A program made the translations under genes and the position numbers. From Treponema sp. (lineage in GTDB: Bacteria > Spirochaetota > Spirochaetia > Treponematales > Breznakiellaceae), in assembly GCA_031257195.1 (NCBI GenBank), contig JAIRPD010000135.1, positions 714 through 64,713 on the forward strand: DNA of 64,000 nucleotides, in the 5' to 3' direction. The notes beneath the pieces are model-generated. The model had not been told where the DNA came from, did not search any database, and saw only the letters and a program-made list of their open reading frames with translations. Positions within the stretch are counted from its first letter, which is position 1. Each line of letters opens with the position of its first letter. Of this stretch, positions 8,840 to 16,966 are shown piece by piece.

Positions 8840-8921
8840 GTCCCCATCCGGCCCGACGGGGTTTTTCTGCGTCCTGGGCCTGGGTTCCAACCGGGCCTGG
8901 GAGGGGCGGGAACCGGCGGCC

Positions 8922-9422
8922 TTGCTTCGTTTGGCCATAAAAGAACTGGGGGGTATCCTGGGGGGTATAAGGGTCTCCCCCCTGTACCATACGGTCCCCC
9001 TCCATGTGACGGATCAGCCCCCGTTTATTAACGCCGCGGCGGCGGGGTACTTTTCCCCGCCGGGGAGTTCCGCCGGGAAGCGGCCCGCCGGGCCGGAGGC
9101 GGAGGCGGCAATCCGGCTGCTGCGGGCCGTCCAGGGGATAGAGGCCCTGTACGGCAGGAACCGGGCCGGGGAGCGCCGCTGGGGGGAACGGTCCCTTGAC
9201 ATCGATATTCTTCTTTTTGGCGACGCCCCCATCGCCGCGCCGGATCTCTCCATCCCCCATCCCCGGCTGGCGGAACGGGCTTTTGCCCTGCGGCCCCTGC
9301 TGGATCTGCTGCCGGAGGCCGTCGAGCCGGGAACGGGGCGGCCCTATAAAGAGATCCTCGCCGCCCTGCCGGATCAGGGGGTAGAGGTATTTACTCCCCG
9401 CCCGCGGCGGGATATACTATAG
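8922..9422 (+). CDS. folK: 2-amino-4-hydroxy-6-hydroxymethyldihydropteridine pyrophosphokinase (HPPK)
   Basis: Motifs RWGERSLDIDILLF and LSIPHPRLAERAFALRPL. Coordinates follow the first canonical (TTG) start, but the conserved N-terminal LGLGSN strand is encoded in-frame upstream (8862..8891). The true start is probably upstream and non-canonical. Confidence 0.8.
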   Translation: MLRLAIKELGGILGGIRVSPLYHTVPLHVTDQPPFINAAAAGYFSPPGSSAGKRPAGPEAEAAIRLLRAVQGIEALYGRNRAGERRWGERSLDIDILLFGDAPIAAPDLSIPHPRLAERAFALRPLLDLLPEAVEPGTGRPYKEILAALPDQGVEVFTPRPRRDIL

Positions 9423-9431
9423 TCGTATCCA

Positions 9432-10178
9432 ATGGAAACCGCCGCTTTAACCGCAGATCATACCCAAGCCCAGGGGGCTCACACCTTCAAGTTGAGGGAA
9501 TTCGAGGGACCCCTGGACCTGCTCCTCTTCCTGGTCAGGAAAAACGAGATCAATATCTACGACATTCCCATCGCCCAGATCACCGAACAGTATATTGAGT
9601 ATCTCAAGTACGCCGCCAAATTGAACCTGGAGGATATAACCGAGTTCCAGATCACGGCCGCCACCCTGATCTACATCAAGTCCCGGGTTCTCCTGCCGGT
9701 GGAGATGGACCTGGACGAAATTGACGATCCCCGGCGGGAACTGGTGGAAAAACTCATCGAATACCAGAAATTCAAGAAACTTTCGGAGCTTATGGAGGAA
9801 CGGGGCAGGGAGGCGGAATGGGTGATTGAGCGGAAGAAACTCCAGCGGCCCCTGCCCTTTAAAGAGGAGGAGCTGTGGGAAAAGGTGGATATCTGGGACC
9901 TGCTTAAAACATTTTCCACCCTTATGACCAGCATCTCCGGGGAAAACATCATCGACCTTTACGAGGAGGTGTCGATCAACGAAAAAATCACCCTCCTGAC
10001 GGAACTGCTGGAAACCAGGGGGGAGTGCGGCTTTACCGACCTGGTAGCCCGCCGGGGCTCGATTATGGATGTTATCTGCGCCTTTTTAGCCCTCCTGGAG
10101 GCGGTAAAAGTCAGGATGGTAACGGTTTACCAGAACCGCATGTTCGGGGATATACTTATCCGGGCCAGGGAGCGTTAA
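9432..10178 (+). CDS. scpA: segregation and condensation protein A
   Basis: FEGPLDLLLFLVRKNEINIYDIPIAQITEQYIEYL is the kleisin ScpA N-terminal signature. Confidence 0.9.
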   Translation: METAALTADHTQAQGAHTFKLREFEGPLDLLLFLVRKNEINIYDIPIAQITEQYIEYLKYAAKLNLEDITEFQITAATLIYIKSRVLLPVEMDLDEIDDPRRELVEKLIEYQKFKKLSELMEERGREAEWVIERKKLQRPLPFKEEELWEKVDIWDLLKTFSTLMTSISGENIIDLYEEVSINEKITLLTELLETRGECGFTDLVARRGSIMDVICAFLALLEAVKVRMVTVYQNRMFGDILIRARER

Positions 10179-10179
10179 T

Positions 10180-10713
10180 ATGGAAACGGAAGCGGCGCTT
10201 ATTGAGGCCATACTGTACCTTGAGACGGACCCCATGGACTACCCCGCCCTGGTCCGGATTTCCGGGCTTTCCAGGGAGGCCGTGGAAAAGGCCGTGGAGT
10301 ACCTGGGGAAAAAATACGAAAAGGCCGATTCGGGAATCGAGCTTTCCCATATAGGGGGAGGGGTGATGATCTCCCCCAAAAAAGAATTCTGGGACGCGCT
10401 GAAGGAACGGTACGGCAAAAAAAACGAGACAAAATTTTCCCGGGCGGCCCTGGAAACCCTGTCGATCATCGCTTATTCCCAGCCCATTACCCGGGGTGAA
10501 ATCGAGGGAATCCGGGGGGTCCAGGCGGACACCATGATCCGGCTGCTTGTGGAAAAATCCCTGATCCGGGAGGTGGGGAAAAAGGACATACCCGGTAAAC
10601 CCGCGCAGTACGGCACCACCAAGGAATTCCTCCGTTTTTTCCGGCTGGAAAGCATCGCCGACCTGCCTAAACTCAACGAAAGCGAGGCCGCCCGGTTTGA
10701 ACTGGAAGGATGA
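10180..10713 (+). CDS. scpB: segregation and condensation protein B
   Basis: LETLSIIAYSQPITRGEIEGIRGV...IREVGKKDIPGKPAQYGTTKEFLRFF. Starts 1 nt after scpA. Confidence 0.9.
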   Translation: METEAALIEAILYLETDPMDYPALVRISGLSREAVEKAVEYLGKKYEKADSGIELSHIGGGVMISPKKEFWDALKERYGKKNETKFSRAALETLSIIAYSQPITRGEIEGIRGVQADTMIRLLVEKSLIREVGKKDIPGKPAQYGTTKEFLRFFRLESIADLPKLNESEAARFELEG

Positions 10714-11461
10714 GGAAAGCGCCGGGCCGGCAGATCCGCTTACCCGTTTGCAGGTTTTTCTGGCCCGGGCCGGGGCGGCTTCCCGCCGGGCCTCGGAGGG
10801 GCTGATACAGGCGGGCAGGGTGCGGGTAAACGGCCAAATCGTGACAACGCTGGGAACCAAGGTGGCCCCCGGCGACGAGGTCCGCCTGGACGGGAAAATC
10901 CTTCAGCCGGAGCGGCGCCTCCACTACCTGGCCCTGAATAAGCCCCCGGGGTATCTGTGCAGTTCCCGGGACCCCCAGGGGCGGCCCCTGGCCCTTCAGC
11001 TTCTTCCCGCCGGCGTTATGGAGCGGCTTTACAGCGTGGGCCGGCTGGATTACCTCTCCTCGGGGCTGGTGCTTTTTACCAATGATGGGGATTTTACCGC
11101 CCGGTTAAGCCATCCCAGCTCCGGGGTGGAAAAGGAATACCTGGTGGAATCGACCGTTCCCATTCCAGAGGACCCTGTGGAGCGGTTCCTGGAGGGGGTA
11201 GAGATAGAGGGGGAGCTGTACCGGGCGAAACAGGTGGAGCGGCTGGACCGGAAAACCCTCCGGGTTGTGCTGGTCGAGGGAAAAAACCGGGAGATCCGGC
11301 GGGTTTTTTCCCATTTTCACCTCCACCCCCGGCTGCTCCGCCGGGTTCGCGTGGGCCCGGTAATATTGGGAACCCTGCCGGAAGGCCAAAGCCGGCCTTT
11401 GACGGAACGGGAAATGACGGAATTAAAGGGAAAAGGAGTGAACCGTGGTTATAGCCATTGA
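10697..11461 (+). CDS. rluB: pseudouridine synthase, RsuA/RluB family
   Basis: S4 domain RLQVFLARAGAASRRASEGLIQAGRVRVNG. Catalytic motif GRLDYLSSGLVLFTNDG. TTG start overlaps the scpB end. Confidence 0.85.
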   Translation: MNWKDEESAGPADPLTRLQVFLARAGAASRRASEGLIQAGRVRVNGQIVTTLGTKVAPGDEVRLDGKILQPERRLHYLALNKPPGYLCSSRDPQGRPLALQLLPAGVMERLYSVGRLDYLSSGLVLFTNDGDFTARLSHPSSGVEKEYLVESTVPIPEDPVERFLEGVEIEGELYRAKQVERLDRKTLRVVLVEGKNREIRRVFSHFHLHPRLLRRVRVGPVILGTLPEGQSRPLTEREMTELKGKGVNRGYSH

Positions 11462-13901
11462 CGGACCGGCGGGGACCGGAAAAAGTACCATCGCCAAAAT
11501 GCTGGCGGAAAACCTTAAGGGACCGGAGGGCGGGCCCTTTACCTACATCAACTCGGGGAACCTCTACCGGGCCATTACCTTGGGCTGCCTAAGGCTGGGG
11601 ATAGACCCCGCGGACCCGGAAAAGGCCCTGGACTACGCCGGGACCGCCCCCTTGATCTACCGGGACGGGCTTCTTCACCTGGGGGAGGAGATGGTGGAAG
11701 ATCTCCTCCACAGTGACGAGGTGGACCGGTACGTTTCCCCCCTTTCCGCGATTGTCCCTATCCGCCATGTGGTGAACGGCCATATACGAAAGATGGCCGC
11801 GGGGCTTAACGCCGTGGTGGAGGGCCGGGACATGACTACCGTGGTGTTCCCCCAGGCGGAATACCGCTTTTATCTGGACGCCTCCATCAAAGAACGGGCC
11901 CGGCGGCGCTTTGAACAGGGGATTTCCAAACTCAGCCTGGAGGAACTGGAAAGGACCTTAGCCGAACGTGATACTATAGACAGAAACAAAGAGGAGGGAA
12001 GTTTGATCGTCGGGCCGGGGGTGATCCGCCTTGACACATCGGACTTGACCTTAAACGAAGTTTATGACACATTAATACAGAGAATCCATACACAAGAAGG
12101 ACAAACCATGGCTCAGATGGAAGTGGGCACGGACACGAACTCCGGCGACATTCAATCCCAATTACAAGAAGAATACCTTAAAACCCTGGAACAGCTTGAG
12201 GAGGGTCAGCTGATAGACGGTCATGTCATTCAGGTTACCCCCGATCAGGTCTTTGTGGACGTGGGGTACAAGTCCGAGGGGAAAATACCCCTTTCGGAAT
12301 TCGCCGAAGCCCCTCAGGTGGGGGATCCGGTATCGGTGATCCTCGTTACCAAGGAAAACAAGCACGGGGAAGTGATCGTTTCCAAGCAGAAGGCCGACGT
12401 AAAGCTCTTCTGGAAAAACCTCCGCCAGGCTTTTCAGGACCACACCCCGGTGGAGGGGATCATTGAAAAACAGGTTAAGGGGGGGTTTGATGTCAATTTA
12501 GGCGCCCAGGTCCACGCCTTCCTGCCTATCAGCCAGTCCGACGCCCAAAAGGTGGACAAGCCGGAAAAGCTTTTGGGCCTTAAATCCAAAATGCACATGG
12601 AACGGCTCTATTCCGATGGGAAGGTCAATATTGTGGTGAACCGCCGCAAATGGCTGGAAGAGGAAACCAACCGGAAACAAAGGGAATTCTTTGAGAAAAC
12701 CGCCATTGGCGCCGAGGTAAACGGGGTGGTAAAGAGTTTTACCTCCTTTGGCGCCTTTGTGGACCTGGGGGGCTTTGACGGGCTTCTTCATATCAACGAT
12801 ATGAGCTGGGGCCATGTAACCCGGCCCAAAGACTTTGTAAAAAAGGGCCAGGAAATTATCGTTAAAGTTATCCGGATCGATCCGGAGGAAAGGCGGATCA
12901 ACCTTTCCCTCAAGCACTTTAGCGACGATCCCTGGGTGCGTTTTGAGGATAAATACCACGTAAACGACGTGGTAAAGGGCAGGGTAACAAAACTTACCGA
13001 TTTTGGGGCCTTTATCGAGCTGGAGGAGGGAATCGAGGGGCTTGCCCACATTTCCGAATTTTCCTGGATTAAAAAAATCCAGTCCCCCGGCGATCTCCTG
13101 GCCATAGGGGACGAGGTGGAGTGCATGATCCTGGGCTATGATCTCCAGGCGGGGAGGGTATCCCTGGGGCTTAAACAGGTCAGCGCCAATCCCTGGACCA
13201 ATATCCACGAAAAGTACCCCGCGGGAACCCGGCTTACCCGGAAGGTGGTTAAGATAACGAACGCCGGGGCCTTTATCGAACTGGAGGAGGGGATAGACGG
13301 CTTCCTCCACGCCGATGACATTTCCTGGACCAAAAAAATTAAACACCCCGGCAGCGAGCTTTCCGCGGGCCAGGAGGTGGAAGTGATGGTCCTGGGCGTG
13401 GAAAAAAACAACCGCCATGTTCGGCTGGGGATCAAGCAGCTTTCCGAGGATCCCTGGCGGAATTTCGCCGGCGCCTATGGGGCCGGCTCCCAGGTGGAGG
13501 GGGAGGTGTCTTCCATCACCGATTTTGGGATTTTTGTGAAGGTCCCCGGGGGTATCGAGGGGCTGATCCACAAGACCAACCTGCCGGAAAACAGGGACGA
13601 AAGCCCGGAGGACGCCATTAAACGCTATAAGGTGGGGGACAAGATCAAGGCCGTGGTACTGGAACTGCAGCCGGACAAGCAAAAGGCGTCGTTCTCGATC
13701 CGGGATTACCAAAGAAAGGTGCAGCGGGACGAGATTTCCCGGTACATGGCGGCGGAGGAATCGGGGGATTCCACCTTTACCCTGGGGGATTTTTTAAAGT
13801 CCAAGAACAACGGGGAGGCTGTCTCGTCCCTGGCGGTGGGAGGGGAGGCGGAAAACGCTGGAAACGCCGCGAAGGCGGAAACTCCCCCGGCGGGCGGCTA
13901 G
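11445..13901 (+). CDS. cmk-rpsA: bifunctional cytidylate kinase / 30S ribosomal protein S1 fusion
   Basis: N-terminus IAIDGPAGTGKSTIAKMLA (Cmk P-loop), ~220 aa, then repeated S1 domains (GxV..ft.FGAFVDLGG.DGLLHIS-type repeats). GTG start with AAAGGAG 8 nt upstream. Confidence 0.9.
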   Translation: MVIAIDGPAGTGKSTIAKMLAENLKGPEGGPFTYINSGNLYRAITLGCLRLGIDPADPEKALDYAGTAPLIYRDGLLHLGEEMVEDLLHSDEVDRYVSPLSAIVPIRHVVNGHIRKMAAGLNAVVEGRDMTTVVFPQAEYRFYLDASIKERARRRFEQGISKLSLEELERTLAERDTIDRNKEEGSLIVGPGVIRLDTSDLTLNEVYDTLIQRIHTQEGQTMAQMEVGTDTNSGDIQSQLQEEYLKTLEQLEEGQLIDGHVIQVTPDQVFVDVGYKSEGKIPLSEFAEAPQVGDPVSVILVTKENKHGEVIVSKQKADVKLFWKNLRQAFQDHTPVEGIIEKQVKGGFDVNLGAQVHAFLPISQSDAQKVDKPEKLLGLKSKMHMERLYSDGKVNIVVNRRKWLEEETNRKQREFFEKTAIGAEVNGVVKSFTSFGAFVDLGGFDGLLHINDMSWGHVTRPKDFVKKGQEIIVKVIRIDPEERRINLSLKHFSDDPWVRFEDKYHVNDVVKGRVTKLTDFGAFIELEEGIEGLAHISEFSWIKKIQSPGDLLAIGDEVECMILGYDLQAGRVSLGLKQVSANPWTNIHEKYPAGTRLTRKVVKITNAGAFIELEEGIDGFLHADDISWTKKIKHPGSELSAGQEVEVMVLGVEKNNRHVRLGIKQLSEDPWRNFAGAYGAGSQVEGEVSSITDFGIFVKVPGGIEGLIHKTNLPENRDESPEDAIKRYKVGDKIKAVVLELQPDKQKASFSIRDYQRKVQRDEISRYMAAEESGDSTFTLGDFLKSKNNGEAVSSLAVGGEAENAGNAAKAETPPAGG

Positions 13902-13920
13902 GGGCGGCCGGCCGCGTCCT

Positions 13921-15432
13921 ATGCTGTTAAAGGTTGACATAAACAAGTTCAACACCCTGATCGAGATAAATTCCCTGATCAATTCATATAACGCCGATCT
14001 TCACGGACTGTTGGCCCAGATCCTCGGTTTCGCCACCACCCTGTGCGAAAGCGAGGCCTCAAGCCTGATGCTGGTGAACCGGGAAACGCGGGAACTGTAC
14101 TTTGAGGTCGCCACCGGCTCCAAGGGCTCGGAGGCGGCTAAATTTACCGTTAAAATGGGGGAGGGGATCGCCGGCTGGGTGGCCTCCCACAACAAATCCC
14201 TGATAGTCAACGACGTGGAACACGACCAGCGGCATTCAAAGAAAATCCCCGATCAAATCGGCTACCCCTCCAAAACCATGCTGGCCGTTCCCATGCGGCT
14301 TAAGGACGAGTGCGTCGGGGTCATTGAGCTCCTCAACAAAAAGGACGGGAAGTTTTTTACCCAGGACGATCTGGAGTGGCTGGAGATATTCGCCAACCAG
14401 GCCGCCCTGGCGATCCGGAATACCCAGAGTATTGAAAAGGCCCGGGTAAAAATCGATCAGCTCCAGACCGAGCTGAGCAAAAAACAGGAGTATCACACCC
14501 TTATCGCGAAGAGCCCGATGATCCTGGAAAAACTGGAGATCATCAACCGGATCGCCCAAACCGACTCATCGGTGCTGATCCTTGGGGAAAGCGGGGTGGG
14601 AAAGGAACTGTTCGCGGAAAAGATACACCTGCTAAGCCCCCGGAACGCCGCCCCCTTTGTCCGGGTTAACTGCGCGGCCCTGCCCGAGGGGCTCCTGGAG
14701 GACGAGCTTTTCGGCCATGTCAAGGGGGCCTTTACCAGCGCCATCCAGGATCGTCCGGGCCGTTTTGAGGCGGCCGGCCGGGGGACCATATTCCTGGACG
14801 AGATAGGGGATCTTCCCCTGGCCCTTCAGGCGAAGCTGCTCCGGGTGATCCAGCAAAAAACCTTCGAGAAGGTCGGTTCCGACAAGACCGTGACGGTGGA
14901 CGTGCGGATCCTGGCGGCCACCAACAGGGACATAGAGACCCTGGTGGAAAGAGGGGAATTCCGGAGCGATCTTTATTACCGGATCAACGTGCTTCCCCTG
15001 TACATCCCCCCCCTGCGGCAGAGGCCGGAGGATATTCCCGAGCTGGCCGGTTTTTTCCTAAAAAAATACCAGGCGGAAACAAAAAAACACTTTGAGGGCT
15101 TTTCAAACGAGGCTATGGAGTTTATGCTTTCTTATACATGGCCCGGTAATGTCCGGGAATTGGAAAACAGCGTGGAGCGGGCCTGCGTTATTGGAAAAGA
15201 AAAATGGATACAAAAGGAGGATCTTTTTTTGCGAAGTTCCTCAAGTATCATTGAACAAAGCGGGGGGGGCGGCCGAAATTTAAAGAACGCTTTAAACGCT
15301 TTTAAAGCTCATTTTATTCAAAAAACGCTGGAAGAAAATAAATGGAACCAGACAGAGACGGCGAAAGCCCTGGATATTCAAAGGACCTACCTTTCCAGGC
15401 TGATCAAGGATCTGTCCATTAAGGAGCCTTAG
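13921..15432 (+). CDS. sigma-54-dependent transcriptional activator with an N-terminal GAF domain
   Basis: GAF-like N-terminus. AAA+ Walker A GESGVGKELFAEKIH. Loop-1 GHVKGAFTSA (a GAFTGA variant). RVNCAALPE, IFLDEIGD, WPGNVRELEN, and a C-terminal Fis-type HTH. Confidence 0.9.
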   Translation: MLLKVDINKFNTLIEINSLINSYNADLHGLLAQILGFATTLCESEASSLMLVNRETRELYFEVATGSKGSEAAKFTVKMGEGIAGWVASHNKSLIVNDVEHDQRHSKKIPDQIGYPSKTMLAVPMRLKDECVGVIELLNKKDGKFFTQDDLEWLEIFANQAALAIRNTQSIEKARVKIDQLQTELSKKQEYHTLIAKSPMILEKLEIINRIAQTDSSVLILGESGVGKELFAEKIHLLSPRNAAPFVRVNCAALPEGLLEDELFGHVKGAFTSAIQDRPGRFEAAGRGTIFLDEIGDLPLALQAKLLRVIQQKTFEKVGSDKTVTVDVRILAATNRDIETLVERGEFRSDLYYRINVLPLYIPPLRQRPEDIPELAGFFLKKYQAETKKHFEGFSNEAMEFMLSYTWPGNVRELENSVERACVIGKEKWIQKEDLFLRSSSSIIEQSGGGGRNLKNALNAFKAHFIQKTLEENKWNQTETAKALDIQRTYLSRLIKDLSIKEP

Positions 15433-15437
15433 CTATC

Positions 15438-16112
15438 ATGGAAAAAGAGCGAACCGAGGTTACCGCGTTAAGCGACAAAGTCGCCGCGGTAATCGCCAAA
15501 AACAGGGTGATTCTCCTGGGTGTTTTGATTTTCGCCGCCGCCGCCGTCCTTGGGTCGGTGTTGTTTTTTAGCCTCCGAAGCGGCGCGCAGCGAAAAGCTA
15601 TCATTACCCTGGAGGGGCTTGAAAAACAGAAGGCTGATCTGGGGGATTTAAGTGATTCCTCCAAGTCCATGGAAATCCAGGCCCTGCGGGAGGAGTTAAA
15701 CAACTTCGCGTCGTCCTCCTTCGGCTACGCCGCGGCCAAGGCCTACGCCATGACGGCGGACATTTACGCGGCCCGGGGGGAATGGAAGGAGGCGGAGGAA
15801 GCCTGGGCCGCCTCGGCGAAAGCGGCGGGCGCGATTTATCTGGCCCCCCTTTCTCTATACAACGCCGCCGCCGCCGCGGAAGAACGGGGCGATCCGGAAA
15901 AGGCCCTGGAGTACTACCGGCAATGTCTGGCCTATGAGGGGATTTTTCCCGCGGCGCCCAGGGCGCGGTTTAACATAGGCCGGATCCAGGAGGGGAAGGG
16001 CGACAAAGAGGCCGCCGCGGAGGCGTACCGGTCCGTTATCGAGAAGAGTCCCCCGGACTCCGGGTGGGTAAAACTAGCCCAAAGCCGGATCATTTACCTT
16101 GAACTGGAATAG
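15438..16112 (+). CDS. membrane-anchored TPR-like protein
   Basis: N-terminal TM segment VILLGVLIFAAAAVLGSVLFF, followed by Ala-rich helical repeats (EYYRQCLAYEG..., AEAYRSVIEKSP). Confidence 0.6.
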   Translation: MEKERTEVTALSDKVAAVIAKNRVILLGVLIFAAAAVLGSVLFFSLRSGAQRKAIITLEGLEKQKADLGDLSDSSKSMEIQALREELNNFASSSFGYAAAKAYAMTADIYAARGEWKEAEEAWAASAKAAGAIYLAPLSLYNAAAAAEERGDPEKALEYYRQCLAYEGIFPAAPRARFNIGRIQEGKGDKEAAAEAYRSVIEKSPPDSGWVKLAQSRIIYLELE

Positions 16113-16857
16113 GTTTTTAAACCGGTCCTTTCTTCTCTGCCTGGTCGCGCCGTTCTTTTCCTGCGGCGTGGAGGATTATGTTTACCTGAATCCGGTGGAA
16201 ACGGCCTATTCCGTGGGGGTAACCCGGGCCACCATTACCCTGCCTTCGGGTCAGCCCTCCGAATTCCGGTACTATACGATTTTTTACCGGATTTATATCA
16301 GCGACATACTCTCCAACAGCATTACCAGCGACGCCGAGCGGCGGAATATTAACCCATCCCTGGCGACCCATTACAATACCCTGGATCCCTATACCGCCAA
16401 CGATTCCAATCCCCCCAATAACCTCGTCTCGATCTTTAACAGCCTCCGGTATTATTCCCTGTACGTCAGCCAGGATAAGATAACCGAGATACCCCTGTAC
16501 GATCAGCTTAACTCCGCGTCCGGCGGCGCCGTATACCTGGATTTTACCGATACTTCCGACGCGCCGTTTATGACGATCAATAATCCCAACGGTACGCGTT
16601 TTTACCTGTTCCGGGCGCCGGGTTTTACCTCCCTGCCGGACCGCCTGTTTTACAATACCTCGGGGCCAGGCAGCCTCAGCGAGCCTATCACCAGCGACAC
16701 AAACGCCGACGTGGAACAAAAAAGCGGCGTCACCCCCAGTCCTCAGTATACCTATGTTTCCCTGTATATCGCGGCCACGGGAACGGACAATAACTTCGCC
16801 CCCCTGTATTCCCGGCCCAAACACATAGGCATTTTACGCCTATTTGATCTCCCCTAA
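16099..16857 (+). CDS. putative lipoprotein, N/S/T/Y-rich
   Basis: Lipobox-like LVAPFFSCG after a basic N-terminus. TTG start overlaps the upstream stop. Locally lower GC and polar composition. Confidence 0.55.
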   Translation: MNWNRFLNRSFLLCLVAPFFSCGVEDYVYLNPVETAYSVGVTRATITLPSGQPSEFRYYTIFYRIYISDILSNSITSDAERRNINPSLATHYNTLDPYTANDSNPPNNLVSIFNSLRYYSLYVSQDKITEIPLYDQLNSASGGAVYLDFTDTSDAPFMTINNPNGTRFYLFRAPGFTSLPDRLFYNTSGPGSLSEPITSDTNADVEQKSGVTPSPQYTYVSLYIAATGTDNNFAPLYSRPKHIGILRLFDLP

Positions 16858-16966
16858 AAAGCGCGGAAGGCCCGAACGAAGCCCGCCCCCCGATTCTATC
16901 TTTCTTTTTTACTATTCATAATGTGTATTCTGTCTACTATAAACGGGAAAACTTTCCCTAAATAAT

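Noticed and set aside
7379-8938. 519-aa ORF antisense to recA
   Set aside because: It lies entirely on the opposite strand of a certain recA gene. Its composition is Pro/Arg/Gly-rich low complexity, which is a typical GC-rich shadow ORF.
12498-13712. 404-aa ORF antisense to rpsA
   Set aside because: It is a shadow of the S1 repeats with no motifs. rpsA is unambiguous on the other strand.
13903-13916. GC palindrome GCGGCCGGCCGC between rpsA and the sigma-54 activator gene
   Set aside because: It is a loop-less 12-bp palindrome with no U-tract, in a 19-nt spacer. It is most likely chance in GC-rich DNA.
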